From Bacteroidales bacterium (GTDB lineage Bacteria > Bacteroidota > Bacteroidia > Bacteroidales > UBA7960): a DNA stretch of 64,000 nt. Within the stretch, counting starts at the first letter, position 1. Each line of letters starts with the position of its first letter. The DNA lies in assembly GCA_031323845.1 (NCBI GenBank), contig JAVIYP010000005.1, positions 9,153-73,152 of the forward strand, read 5' to 3'. The translations under genes and the position numbers were made by a program. Positions 18,908 to 27,866 of the stretch are shown here, piece after piece. The notes beneath the pieces were generated by a model that worked only from the letters and a program-made list of their open reading frames with translations, searched no databases and was not told the DNA's origin.

Positions 18908-20377
18908 ATGAAAGCTTTACTTAAACTTTTTTCAGCCATACTGCTGATTTCACTTGCAGGTTGTTCTTCAACGTATTACGTTTCACAAAAAGACGATGTG
19001 TACTACCTCCCGCAAACAGTGAGAGGTGGTTCGGCATATATTCCGGAAGATGCCAAAACCGTAGAGGTCGTTGATGACGCCTATGCTGTTGTTGCTGAAC
19101 ATCAGGATACTGTTGAGGTAACAGATGCAGAAGCCTATTATGTTGATGAAGACGGGCAGGTGATCATAATTCAGAACTTTTACGGTGATCACTATGATTT
19201 CGCCTATGCTTCCAGGATAAGGCGCTTTCACCGTTCGTACGTAAGCTTCGGGTATTTTGATCCTTTCTATACCAACATGTTCTATTATACGTACAACCCT
19301 TACCATTTCGGTGCGAGCATTTACCTGGGGTTCGGACCGTCTCCATGGTTTTTCGGCGGATATTACGGCTATTATCCCATGAGCTTTTACAACCCGTTCT
19401 GGCATCATTACTACTGGCGTAACCCATGGTTTTATGGGCCGGGTTCCTACTGGGCCGGATATCACCATGGCTTCTACACAGGGTTCGGTTATGGCATCTG
19501 GCACCCCTATTATTTCGGCTACGGAGGATATAGCCCCTGGGGCGGACCAATGTACCCGCAATATGGTAGCGGCTTAACCTATCACTACGGGCCACGGGGT
19601 ACCGCGGGAGGAGGCACCGTGGGCAGGCCCGCCAGCGGCAGGGAAACCACAGGAACACGCGACATGCTGGCAACACGGCCTGGCGAAACAACTCAGTCGG
19701 TTGAGTCACAAAGAGGCACAGCACCCGTTGATCCTAAACGCAGCTCTGAACAACTGGTACGTGGCACCGGAGACGAAACAGCCACCACTACCATGACAAG
19801 GGAGCGGATGGAGTCTATGCAAAACACGCACCGCGAAGAAATGCAAAGGGCAGCCGCCAGACAGCAAACTGAACAACCGGCAGCTCAGCGCTATACAAGA
19901 CCGCAGCAAACCTCTCCGGAGCGTGTGCGCGAAATCAGCAATCCGAACTACTCCATGCCAAGGACATACACCTCGCCGAGCTACAGGCAGCCCAGTACTC
20001 CTCAGCGAACCAGGCCAGGAACAGCAACACCGGCGCCAACAAACGTTACCAGGCCTTCAAGGGATCAGGGCACTCCTTCACAACCCACACAAAGACCGGC
20101 AACACAACCGTCGCGCACTGACAGGGGACAGCCAAGCTATACGCCTCCCAGGCAGCAGCCGACACGGACAACAACAAGTCCGCCGAGCACGCCCTCAAGA
20201 AGCTCGGCAAGTCCTTCAAGATCAAGTACGCCCTCAAGGAGTTCTGCAGCACCCGCAAGGTCAAGTTCCTCGTCCGGTAGTTCTGCAGCACCCGCACGGT
20301 CAAGCGGATCCTCAAGGAGCTCATCACCACCTGCAAGATCAGGCGGTTCATCCTCAAGCGGTGGTCGAAACAGGTAA
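18908..20377 (+). CDS. Lipoprotein with an aromatic/Gly-rich core and a Ser/Pro/Arg/Thr-rich disordered tail
   Basis: Lipobox LISLAGC. Residues ~100-230 are extremely rich in Y/F/W/G/P. The tail has 39-nt in-frame tandem repeats (20240-20265 and 20279-20304; SSAAPARSS). AGGAGG lies 7 nt upstream of the ATG. Confidence 0.7.
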   Translation: MKALLKLFSAILLISLAGCSSTYYVSQKDDVYYLPQTVRGGSAYIPEDAKTVEVVDDAYAVVAEHQDTVEVTDAEAYYVDEDGQVIIIQNFYGDHYDFAYASRIRRFHRSYVSFGYFDPFYTNMFYYTYNPYHFGASIYLGFGPSPWFFGGYYGYYPMSFYNPFWHHYYWRNPWFYGPGSYWAGYHHGFYTGFGYGIWHPYYFGYGGYSPWGGPMYPQYGSGLTYHYGPRGTAGGGTVGRPASGRETTGTRDMLATRPGETTQSVESQRGTAPVDPKRSSEQLVRGTGDETATTTMTRERMESMQNTHREEMQRAAARQQTEQPAAQRYTRPQQTSPERVREISNPNYSMPRTYTSPSYRQPSTPQRTRPGTATPAPTNVTRPSRDQGTPSQPTQRPATQPSRTDRGQPSYTPPRQQPTRTTTSPPSTPSRSSASPSRSSTPSRSSAAPARSSSSSGSSAAPARSSGSSRSSSPPARSGGSSSSGGRNR

Positions 20378-20407
20378 GCCAACACCAATAAATGTTTAAA
20401 CAAGCAT

Positions 20408-20452
20408 AAGCCTCCCGGAACCAGAACCCGGTTTTTTCCGGGAGGCTTTTTC
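20408..20452 (+). terminator. Intrinsic terminator
   Basis: 13-bp stem aagcctcccggaa / ttccgggaggctt followed by TTTT. Confidence 0.75.
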
Positions 20453-20477
20453 TTAGAATGCATTCAAAACCGAAAAA

Positions 20478-21923
20478 ATGATGAAAAGAATCTTTTTAAT
20501 ACTGACGGTTTCTGTGTTATTTACCCATATGGGTGTTGCTCAAAACGAAAGCGATGCATTACGCTATGCCCAGACATTCCCCGGCGGTACAGCGCGTTTT
20601 TCAGCAATGGCAGGATCTTTTGGCGCCCTCGGGGGCGACTTCTCTTCCCTGAGCATCAACCCTGCAGGAATTGCAATCTACAGGAGTTCAGAGTTCAGCA
20701 TCACACCCTCGGTGAACTACAGCCAGGTAACAAGCCGATATTTCAACAACAGAGAAGAGGACATGAAGTATAACTTCAACCTCAACAGCCTGGGGCTGGT
20801 TTTTGCCATACCTCTCAATAATGAAGGCACTCAGTCCGGTTGGCAATATTTCAACATCGGGCTTGGGTTCAACCGCCAAAACAACTTCAACAACCGATGG
20901 ATTGCAGAAGGCTTCAATCCCGAAAACTCCTTCATGACAAGCATGCTTGCACAGGCCAACAGAGAAGGGCTGGGAGGCCTTGATCCTTTCTCAACCGGAC
21001 TGGCCTGGGACACCTACCTGCTTGACTATCACGATGATTATGGTTTCTCTGCAGACATGCCCAATGGCCAGGTGTTGCAACGCCGCGAAACAACCCTTTC
21101 AGGGTCACTGAACGAACTTGTTTTCTCTTTGGGAGCCAACTATGGCGACAGGCTCTACCTCGGTGCCAGCATGGGCATCCCAAACCTCAGTTATAAGGAA
21201 GAAAGCGTTTTTGGAGAAGAAGACAGGAATGACATCAACCCCGTATTCAACAGCCTGACCTATACACATAACATTAGAACCCGGGGTTCGGGCTTTAACT
21301 TAAAGCTTGGTGCAATTATCCGGGTAACAGACGTTATCAGGCTGGGAGGGGCATTTCATACGCCAACGTTTTTCGAGCTTGACGACAGGTATCATTCCAG
21401 CATGCGTGCAGACCTTAACCTGGATGTCGACACCAGATTTAAGCGCTCACCCATTGGCCGGTTCGACTATGAAATCAACACTCCCATGAAAGCTGTCGGC
21501 AGCCTGGGGCTAGTGTTTGGAGGACGCGGGCTTATCAATATCGATTATGAATATATCGACTATACCAAAACCCGCCTGCGCCACTCCGAATATCTCTTCA
21601 CCAGTGAAAACAACAGGATCAAAGAGGCATTCACCGAACAACATAACCTGAGAATAGGAGGTGAGCTGCTGTTGAACCCGCTCATCATCCGGGCCGGATA
21701 TGCCTATTATTCAAGCCCCTATAAACCGGGGGTCAACGACGGACAACGCAGCCTGATAGCTGCCGGTATCGGCATTCGTGAAGGAAATTATTTTATTGAT
21801 TTTGCCTACACCTATGCGTTTTATTCAGAGGATTTTTTCCTGTATGATCTGAATAACCTTAAGCCTGTCAGCAGGGACTTTGCCAGCAGTGCCTTCAGGG
21901 CTACTGTAGGATGGAGGTTTTAA
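20478..21923 (+). CDS. Outer-membrane beta-barrel protein, FadL/OmpP1/TodX-like
   Basis: Signal peptide. N-terminal segment SDALRYAQTFPGGTARFSAMAGSFGALGGDFSSLSINPAG is typical of this Bacteroidota barrel family. Ends in ..TVGWRF. Confidence 0.6.
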   Translation: MMKRIFLILTVSVLFTHMGVAQNESDALRYAQTFPGGTARFSAMAGSFGALGGDFSSLSINPAGIAIYRSSEFSITPSVNYSQVTSRYFNNREEDMKYNFNLNSLGLVFAIPLNNEGTQSGWQYFNIGLGFNRQNNFNNRWIAEGFNPENSFMTSMLAQANREGLGGLDPFSTGLAWDTYLLDYHDDYGFSADMPNGQVLQRRETTLSGSLNELVFSLGANYGDRLYLGASMGIPNLSYKEESVFGEEDRNDINPVFNSLTYTHNIRTRGSGFNLKLGAIIRVTDVIRLGGAFHTPTFFELDDRYHSSMRADLNLDVDTRFKRSPIGRFDYEINTPMKAVGSLGLVFGGRGLINIDYEYIDYTKTRLRHSEYLFTSENNRIKEAFTEQHNLRIGGELLLNPLIIRAGYAYYSSPYKPGVNDGQRSLIAAGIGIREGNYFIDFAYTYAFYSEDFFLYDLNNLKPVSRDFASSAFRATVGWRF

Positions 21924-21924
21924 T

Positions 21925-21953
21925 AAAAACCCGGATTACGATCCGGGTTTTTT
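21925..21953. terminator. Bidirectional intrinsic terminator between convergent genes
   Basis: AAAAA-cccggat-tacg-atccggg-TTTTTT. Confidence 0.8.
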
Positions 21954-21955
21954 GG

Positions 21956-22834
21956 TTATGGCTCAACAACCAGCTTCGTAATTTCCTCATCAACGAGGAT
22001 GCGGCCGCAGTACTCACAAACAATAATTTTTTTATGCATCCTGATGTCCAGGTGCCGCTGGGGTGGAATCTTGTTAAGGCAACCACCGCAGGCATCCCTC
22101 TCAACGGGAACCACGGCAAGTCCGTTACGTGCATTGTCCCTGATGCGCTGATAAGCATTCAGCAAGCGCTCATCAATCGAATCCTGCTGCTTTTTTAATG
22201 CCTCCAGTAATACCTGTTCGTCTTTTTCGGTTTCCGCAACGATGTCATTAAGTTCGGCTTTTTTGGCCTCCAGGTCAGCTTGTCTCTCGGTAAGTTCTTC
22301 GTGAACCCGGTTTACAATCTCAGTTTTGATTTCTATTTCAGCCGCAAACTCTTTCATCTTTTTCTCAGCCAGCTGCGCCTCCAGGGTTTGGAATTCGATC
22401 TCTTTTGAAAGCGAGTCGTATTCACGGTTATTACGCACATTCATTTGCTGGGCTTCATATTTTTTAATCAGCTCAAGACTGTCCTGTGCGGCGATTTTTT
22501 TGTTCGATATTTGGGTCTCCAGCTCTTTTATTTCATCCCGGAACTTTTTTTCCCTGGTGGTCAGGCCTTCAATTTCATCTTCAAGGTCTTGAACTTCAAG
22601 GGGCAGCTCACCTCTGACAAGCCGCAGACTGTCGATGCGCTGATCTATACGCTGCAGAGAATACAGGGAAATCAACTTATTCTTTACTGTATATTCAACA
22701 TTTTCGTCGAGAGCCGATTCCGGTGTAACCACTGGCGAATCTTCGGTGCCTGTACTCGGGTTAATTTTTTTCTGCTGTGTTTTTTCTTCGGATGCAGCGG
22801 CTTTTGCTGACTTCTTCTTTGTGCTCTTGGCCAT
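21956..22834 (-). CDS. Coiled-coil zinc-ribbon protein (COG1579/DUF164-like)
   Basis: Long heptad-rich region and a C-terminal CGGC..CEYCGRIL zinc ribbon. Conserved pairing downstream of nif3. Start at the internal ATG (MAKSTKKK). Confidence 0.8.
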   Translation of the reverse strand: MAKSTKKKSAKAAASEEKTQQKKINPSTGTEDSPVVTPESALDENVEYTVKNKLISLYSLQRIDQRIDSLRLVRGELPLEVQDLEDEIEGLTTREKKFRDEIKELETQISNKKIAAQDSLELIKKYEAQQMNVRNNREYDSLSKEIEFQTLEAQLAEKKMKEFAAEIEIKTEIVNRVHEELTERQADLEAKKAELNDIVAETEKDEQVLLEALKKQQDSIDERLLNAYQRIRDNARNGLAVVPVERDACGGCLNKIPPQRHLDIRMHKKIIVCEYCGRILVDEEITKLVVEP

Positions 22835-22869
22835 ATGTTTTGTATATGTTTTTTGTTGGATACAATGAA

Positions 22870-23964
22870 TCAAAAATACCTGACAGGATTGGTATCTGCT
22901 TCTGAAATCAGGAGTGCAAAGTTAGTTAATTTTTTCTTAATTCCGTTGAGTAATAATTCTTTTGCAAATTGTTCTGTTTCATAATGTCCGGCGTCAATTA
23001 ACAGTATTCTTTGTTCCGCTTCATGAAACTGATGGTACTTAACGTCGGCTGTTATAAAAGCATCGGCTCCGGCCCTGATGGCTTCCTGGATTAAAAATGA
23101 GCCTGAACCACCGCACACAGCCACTTTTTTAATCTGTTCCTTTTGCGTATGGGAATGCCGCAACAAGGCTGCCGACAATGTTAGTTTCACATGCTGAAGA
23201 AAGTCGTCAACCGGCAGCGGGCTGTCCAGGTCGCCGATCATGCCTGCGCCGGCTTTGTCAAATGCATTATCCAGGGGGTATATGTCATAGGCCACTTCCT
23301 CATAGGGATGGTTGGCGAACATGGCTGTCAGGATGGATTTTTGCAGATAGGCGGGGAAAATAGTCTCTACACGCACTTCGGGCTCATAGTGCAGCTCGTT
23401 GAGTTTGCCGGTGAAAGGACTTGCCCCGTCACCTGCCCTGAAAGAGCCCCTGCCCTCAGTGTTGAAACTGCAGCAATCATAGTTTCCTATCTGTCCTGCT
23501 CCGGCGGCAAAGATAGCGGCCCTTAGTTTATCTGCATGCTCCAGCGGGCAAAACACAACAAGCTTTTTTAACAGCCCTTCGGCAACTTTGAGTATTTTCA
23601 CCTGTGTAAGTCCCAGCTCCGAAGCAAGGGCATGATTGACGCCCATCAAGGTGTTATCAAGGTTTGTATGCACCGATACCACGGCAATGCCGTGCCTGAT
23701 CGCCTCAATAAGCACCTTATCGGTTGCCTGTTCACCTGTGATCTTCTTTACTCCCTTGAAGATGAGCGGATGATGACACAGGACCAGATCACATTGTTTA
23801 TCAATGGCTTCCTGCATAACGGCTGGTGTGGCATCCAGGCAAATCAATCCCCTGTTCACGCTCTGCCCAGGAGAGCCAATTTGCAATCCGGAATTGTCGT
23901 ATGATTCCTGAAGTGAAGACGGAGCAATGTCTTCGAGTACCTGCAAAATTTTTCCAAGTTGCAT
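22870..23964 (-). CDS. Nif3-like dinuclear metal centre protein (GTP cyclohydrolase 1 type 2 homolog)
   Basis: 364 aa. NIF3 motifs (DNSGLQIG, LVLCHHPLIFKG, GHYETE). Confidence 0.9.
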   Translation of the reverse strand: MQLGKILQVLEDIAPSSLQESYDNSGLQIGSPGQSVNRGLICLDATPAVMQEAIDKQCDLVLCHHPLIFKGVKKITGEQATDKVLIEAIRHGIAVVSVHTNLDNTLMGVNHALASELGLTQVKILKVAEGLLKKLVVFCPLEHADKLRAAIFAAGAGQIGNYDCCSFNTEGRGSFRAGDGASPFTGKLNELHYEPEVRVETIFPAYLQKSILTAMFANHPYEEVAYDIYPLDNAFDKAGAGMIGDLDSPLPVDDFLQHVKLTLSAALLRHSHTQKEQIKKVAVCGGSGSFLIQEAIRAGADAFITADVKYHQFHEAEQRILLIDAGHYETEQFAKELLLNGIKKKLTNFALLISEADTNPVRYF

Positions 23965-24056
23965 ATTTTTATTTTGAAAATGATGAATATTATGTCAAAA
24001 GTAATGGATTTTTGACGAAATTTACACGGATTTGTTGTTTGCTTTTAGGTAAGGCT

Positions 24057-25118
24057 ATGGGGTTTATGCGTTTACTGTTTTTGCCTTTTGCCATGCTTTA
24101 CGGCATGGTCATGTGGCTGCGCAATCTGTTGTTTGATACAGGCGTGCTGCGCTCAAGGAAATTTTCTGTTCCTGTGATCAGCGCCGGAAACCTCCGCATC
24201 GGCGGAACCGGAAAAACCCCGCATGTTGAATACCTGGTGCGCATGCTCAGGGATAAGTACCGGATAGCTGTTTTAAGCCGGGGTTATAAAAGAAAAACCA
24301 AGGGTTTTGTTATGGCCGGCGAGGGTGTTTCTACCCGGGACATAGGCGATGAGCCCATGCAAATACACACTAAATTTCCGGACATCTGTGTGGCTGTTCA
24401 TGAAAAAAGAATAAAGGGGATTAAGCAAATCCTTGAACAGAATCCGGATGTAAACCTGATCATTCTGGATGATGCCTTTCAGCATCGTTATGTTAAACCA
24501 GGTCTGAATTTGTTGCTGACAGGCTACTACAATCCTTTTTTCAGGGACTTTCTTCTGCCGGTGGGTTATTTGAGGGAGGCAAAAAAGAGTGCCCGGCGTG
24601 CAGATGCCCTGATCGTAACCAAAACACCCCTTGTTTTTTCTCCGCTCGACCGCCGTTTTTTCCTGAAAAAGCTGAAGCCATATTATGATGGTCCTGTCTT
24701 TTTCTCAACGTTTCGCTACCAGGAGTTACAGCCCTTGTACCCGGAGTATTCCATGGAGCTCCCTTCCAGGGTGAAGAGCATTTTTTTGGTTACCGGCATT
24801 GCCAATACGGTTGCCCTTGAAGAATACCTCAAGCGGATCTGCGACGACCTTCATGTATTTAGTTTTCCTGACCATCACCGATTCAGCCTGCAAGACCTGA
24901 AAAAGGTTTACGGCAAGTTTTCAAGAACCATCGGCGGCAACAAGATCATTGTAACCACCGAAAAGGATGCGATGCGTTTGCAAAGACCGAAACTTAAACA
25001 ATTTCTTGCAGAGCTTCCTGTTTTTTTTATCCCCATAGAGGTTTCATTCCATGGAGAGGACAAAAAGGCATTCGAGGATATGGTGAAGCGTTTTCTCTCC
25101 AGGGGCAGGGTAACTTAA
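24057..25118 (+). CDS. lpxK: Tetraacyldisaccharide 4'-kinase
   Basis: P-loop SAGNLRIGGTGKTP and DDAFQH motif. Start placed at the ATG at 24057 (MGFMRLLFLPFAMLYG). The upstream 231 nt of the ORF overlap nif3 and look non-coding. Confidence 0.9.
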   Translation: MGFMRLLFLPFAMLYGMVMWLRNLLFDTGVLRSRKFSVPVISAGNLRIGGTGKTPHVEYLVRMLRDKYRIAVLSRGYKRKTKGFVMAGEGVSTRDIGDEPMQIHTKFPDICVAVHEKRIKGIKQILEQNPDVNLIILDDAFQHRYVKPGLNLLLTGYYNPFFRDFLLPVGYLREAKKSARRADALIVTKTPLVFSPLDRRFFLKKLKPYYDGPVFFSTFRYQELQPLYPEYSMELPSRVKSIFLVTGIANTVALEEYLKRICDDLHVFSFPDHHRFSLQDLKKVYGKFSRTIGGNKIIVTTEKDAMRLQRPKLKQFLAELPVFFIPIEVSFHGEDKKAFEDMVKRFLSRGRVT

Positions 25119-25260
25119 GGGGTGGCGGTTTTGCCACACCCGTGACCTACTAAGGTGCCGGTTACAACATAAGCCAGTACAACCCTTCTGTTTCAACGGT
25201 ACAGCCATAGAAAAAGGCCGTGTCGGGGCTTTTAGCACACATGAGAAAGATTATTAATGC

Positions 25261-25503
25261 CCGGAGGTGGAAGCCCGAAGGATGCAAAATAGCTCGAAGC
25301 TGGAAGCTCGAAGGAAGAAAGAGAGGTCAGAGGTCAGAAGTCGGATGGCTTCAACAAATTAACCCTTAAACAATTAAACAAATAAACGATTAAACGATTA
25401 AACGATTAAACGATTAAACGATTAAACGAATCAACAATTAAACAATTAAACAATAGCCTTACATCTGCACATTTGCACATCTGCACATCTGCACATCTGC
25501 ACA
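25261..25503. repeat. Mosaic tandem-8-mer element, copy 2 (inverted: D'-C'-B'-A')
   Basis: Reverse complement of copy 1 with different unit counts: (cgattaaa)x5 perfect and (catctgca)x5. Confidence 0.9.
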
Positions 25504-25519
25504 GTGTCAGCAGCAACAG

Positions 25520-25555
25520 CCGGTCACAAAAGGAAGGCCTTCCTTTTGTGACCGG
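25520..25555. terminator. 36-bp perfect palindrome (probable ssb / lpxK terminator)
   Basis: ccggtcacaaaaggaagg|ccttccttttgtgaccgg, 17 bp beyond the ssb stop. No flanking U-tract. Confidence 0.5.
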
Positions 25556-25572
25556 TGATGTTTTCAGGATGT

Positions 25573-25998
25573 TCAGAAAGGGAGGTCATCCTCTTCGGGA
25601 AGCATGTCTGAGTCGGCAGGTGCTCCCATACTGTCGGGAGGAGACGGCGTGGTGTCGCCCGCCTCGGGCCTGCCGCCAACCAGGTTTATCACGTCAGCAA
25701 TAATTTCTGTGGTATACCTTTTGTTACCCTCTTTATCTTCCCATTGCCTGGTCTGTAACCTGCCTTCCACATACAACTGACTCCCTTTTCTCAGGTATTT
25801 CTCGGCCAGCTCCGCACGCTGATGCCACAGTACTACATTGTGCCATTCCGTGCGCTCGATGGTTTCACCCGACTTGTTTTTAAAGTAATCATTCGTTGCC
25901 AGCGAAACGCGCGCCAGCTTAGTGCCACTCTCAAGCGTTCGTATATCAGGATCTTTTCCAAGATTTCCCAATAAAATAACTTTGTTTACTCCTGCCAT
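25573..25998 (-). CDS. ssb: Single-stranded DNA-binding protein
   Basis: OB-fold N-terminus (MAGVNKVILLGNLGKDP) and an acidic tail ending DDLPF. Confidence 0.95.
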   Translation of the reverse strand: MAGVNKVILLGNLGKDPDIRTLESGTKLARVSLATNDYFKNKSGETIERTEWHNVVLWHQRAELAEKYLRKGSQLYVEGRLQTRQWEDKEGNKRYTTEIIADVINLVGGRPEAGDTTPSPPDSMGAPADSDMLPEEDDLPF

Positions 25999-26254
25999 AA
26001 CTTAATTTTTTCTGTTAATAATATGTTTTTCGACACTAAAGTAGTGTTTTTTTATCTTTTGTCCAAATTTTAACCTGATAAACCGGCTGCAAAAAACAGG
26101 CTGAGGTCAAAATAATGCTTTTAAAGGAAGCCGGGGTTAAAAATATGAAAAAAAACGCAGCCGGATCTGTCCGGCATGGCTGAAGTTTCCGAAAAAAGCG
26201 TGGATTGTTCCCGTGAGAACCCCAAAATCATACTGACCAGCCACGCCCTGATGT

Positions 26255-27367
26255 TTATGGTTCAGAACTGCCCCTTGGGTACAAGGAGTTAAGCCTGTGT
26301 AAAAACCGCTCCACCAGTTTCGGCTTTGCCATCTTTTCAAAATGCTCGAGATCGGTTAAGATAAACCGGTCCTTTAAGGATGCAAGGGCACACTCCGGTG
26401 CATCCAGCACAAACAATTGAGCATGAATCCGCTGATGCGAAAGCTTGTGCGGCCGCAAGCGAATCAGGGCGCGCACAACAGGAGCCTCGTGGCAAGATAG
26501 CAGGGAGGTGAATCCTTCGTGCGCTAGCACCTCCTGTTCAGCAAGCTCTTTTTGGGATTCCAGCAGGGGAAACTCAAACAGGTGCTTCCAAATGTCGTTC
26601 GACGTTCGCTGATGTGCAAAAAACACAGGATTGGACCGGCACGAGGGAGGCTGAATATACAAGTAGGTAAAGAACCTGTCACGGACCGGCAGTTTTTTTG
26701 TGCGTACCGGATATTGATCAACGGTATTTTTTTGAAAAGCCTGGCATGTTTCGTTAAAAAAACAATTCAGGCAGTCCGGATTGTTTGGTTTGCAAATAAG
26801 TGAGCCAAAATCCATCATTGCCTGGTTAAAGTCGCCCGGCCGGTCATGCGGGATGAGTTCACCGGCCAGCTGTGTAAAAGTTCTGGTGGCTTTTATGGTG
26901 TGCAGGGGGTGGGGTACGGTGTAAACCCTGGCCAGAACACGGCAAACATTGCCGTCGATGGCAGGCACAGCTTCGTTGAACATAATGGAGGCGATGGCCG
27001 CAGCCGTATAATCACCCACACCTTTCAGTTTTTTCAGGTCCCGGCTGTTACCGGGAAAGTTTCCGCTATGCCTGCTGACGATATCACGTGCAGCCTCATG
27101 CATATTGCGGGCTCTTGAATAATAGCCCAGACCCTGCCAGAGCCTGAGTACTTGTTCTTCAGAAGCGGCTGCCAGGGAATACACATCAGGGAAGGCGTCA
27201 AGAAAGCGGTAATAATAGGACAGGCCCTGTTCAACGCGCGTTTGCTGAAGGATTACCTCCGAAACCCAAAGCCGGTAAATATCTCCCGTGCCACGCCAGG
27301 GAAGGCTTCTTCGATTCATATCGTACCAGGAAAGCAGTCTGCGGGTAAAGTCCATAAGTGCATCCAA
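26255..27367 (-). CDS. mutY: A/G-specific adenine DNA glycosylase
   Basis: HhH-GPD domain (LKKLKGVGDYTAAAI), Fe-S Cys cluster CKPNNPDCLNCFFNETC, C-terminal NUDIX-like domain. Confidence 0.92.
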   Translation of the reverse strand: MDALMDFTRRLLSWYDMNRRSLPWRGTGDIYRLWVSEVILQQTRVEQGLSYYYRFLDAFPDVYSLAAASEEQVLRLWQGLGYYSRARNMHEAARDIVSRHSGNFPGNSRDLKKLKGVGDYTAAAIASIMFNEAVPAIDGNVCRVLARVYTVPHPLHTIKATRTFTQLAGELIPHDRPGDFNQAMMDFGSLICKPNNPDCLNCFFNETCQAFQKNTVDQYPVRTKKLPVRDRFFTYLYIQPPSCRSNPVFFAHQRTSNDIWKHLFEFPLLESQKELAEQEVLAHEGFTSLLSCHEAPVVRALIRLRPHKLSHQRIHAQLFVLDAPECALASLKDRFILTDLEHFEKMAKPKLVERFLHRLNSLYPRGSSEP

Positions 27368-27448
27368 AAGTAATCACAAAAGCGTTACTCTATTCTAATT
27401 AGTTGAGCTAAAAATGATTATTTTATTTTTTTAATAAAAGAAAAGAAT

Positions 27449-27456
27449 TATCTTTG
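27449..27456 (+). promoter_or_regulatory. Candidate -7 promoter box (TAtcTTTG) for the HU gene
   Basis: Matches TAnnTTTG, about 60 nt upstream of the ATG at 27517, within an AT-rich spacer. Confidence 0.45.
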
Positions 27457-27516
27457 CAAGCCTAAAACATAGAAAAAACGATTCTAATTACCTTATAACC
27501 AAAAAAATAAAGAATT

Positions 27517-27804
27517 ATGACTAAAGCTGAAATCGTAAATGAAATTGCCGCAAAAACTGGCATTGAGAAAGTAGCTGTTCAAGCCACTGTCGAATCATTC
27601 ATGACTGCCGTGAAGAACTCGCTTGTTAAGGGAGAAAACGTTTACCTGAGAGGATTTGGCAGTTTTATCATTAAAGAAAGAGCAGAAAAAACAGGAAGGA
27701 ACATTTCAAAAAACACCAGCATCGTTATTCCTGCTCATTGCATTCCTGCCTTTAAACCCGCCAAGGAGTTTGTAAACGAAGTGAAGGCTTCCGTTAAATT
27801 ATAA
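27517..27804 (+). CDS. hup: HU-family DNA-binding protein
   Basis: 95 aa. RGFGSFIIKERAEKTGRN arm motif. Confidence 0.93.
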   Translation: MTKAEIVNEIAAKTGIEKVAVQATVESFMTAVKNSLVKGENVYLRGFGSFIIKERAEKTGRNISKNTSIVIPAHCIPAFKPAKEFVNEVKASVKL

Positions 27805-27866
27805 TCAGGCAATTGGTTAAACCGGGTTTCATGCCCAACAGTGCGTTATAGTAAAGGAGAAAAACC

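Noticed and set aside
19923-20463. Alternative-frame ORFs (158 aa plus strand, 103-108 aa minus strand) over the 3' part of the lipoprotein gene
   Set aside because: They are by-products of the low-complexity Ser/Pro/Arg-coding repeats. The frame continuous with the lipobox-bearing N-terminus is the parsimonious one.
23826-24056. 77-codon N-terminal extension of the lpxK ORF overlapping the nif3 start region
   Set aside because: The extension has no LpxK similarity and overlaps the divergent nif3 coding end and its promoter region. The conserved LpxK N-terminus (hydrophobic MRLLFLPFAMLYG..) begins at 24057/24066.
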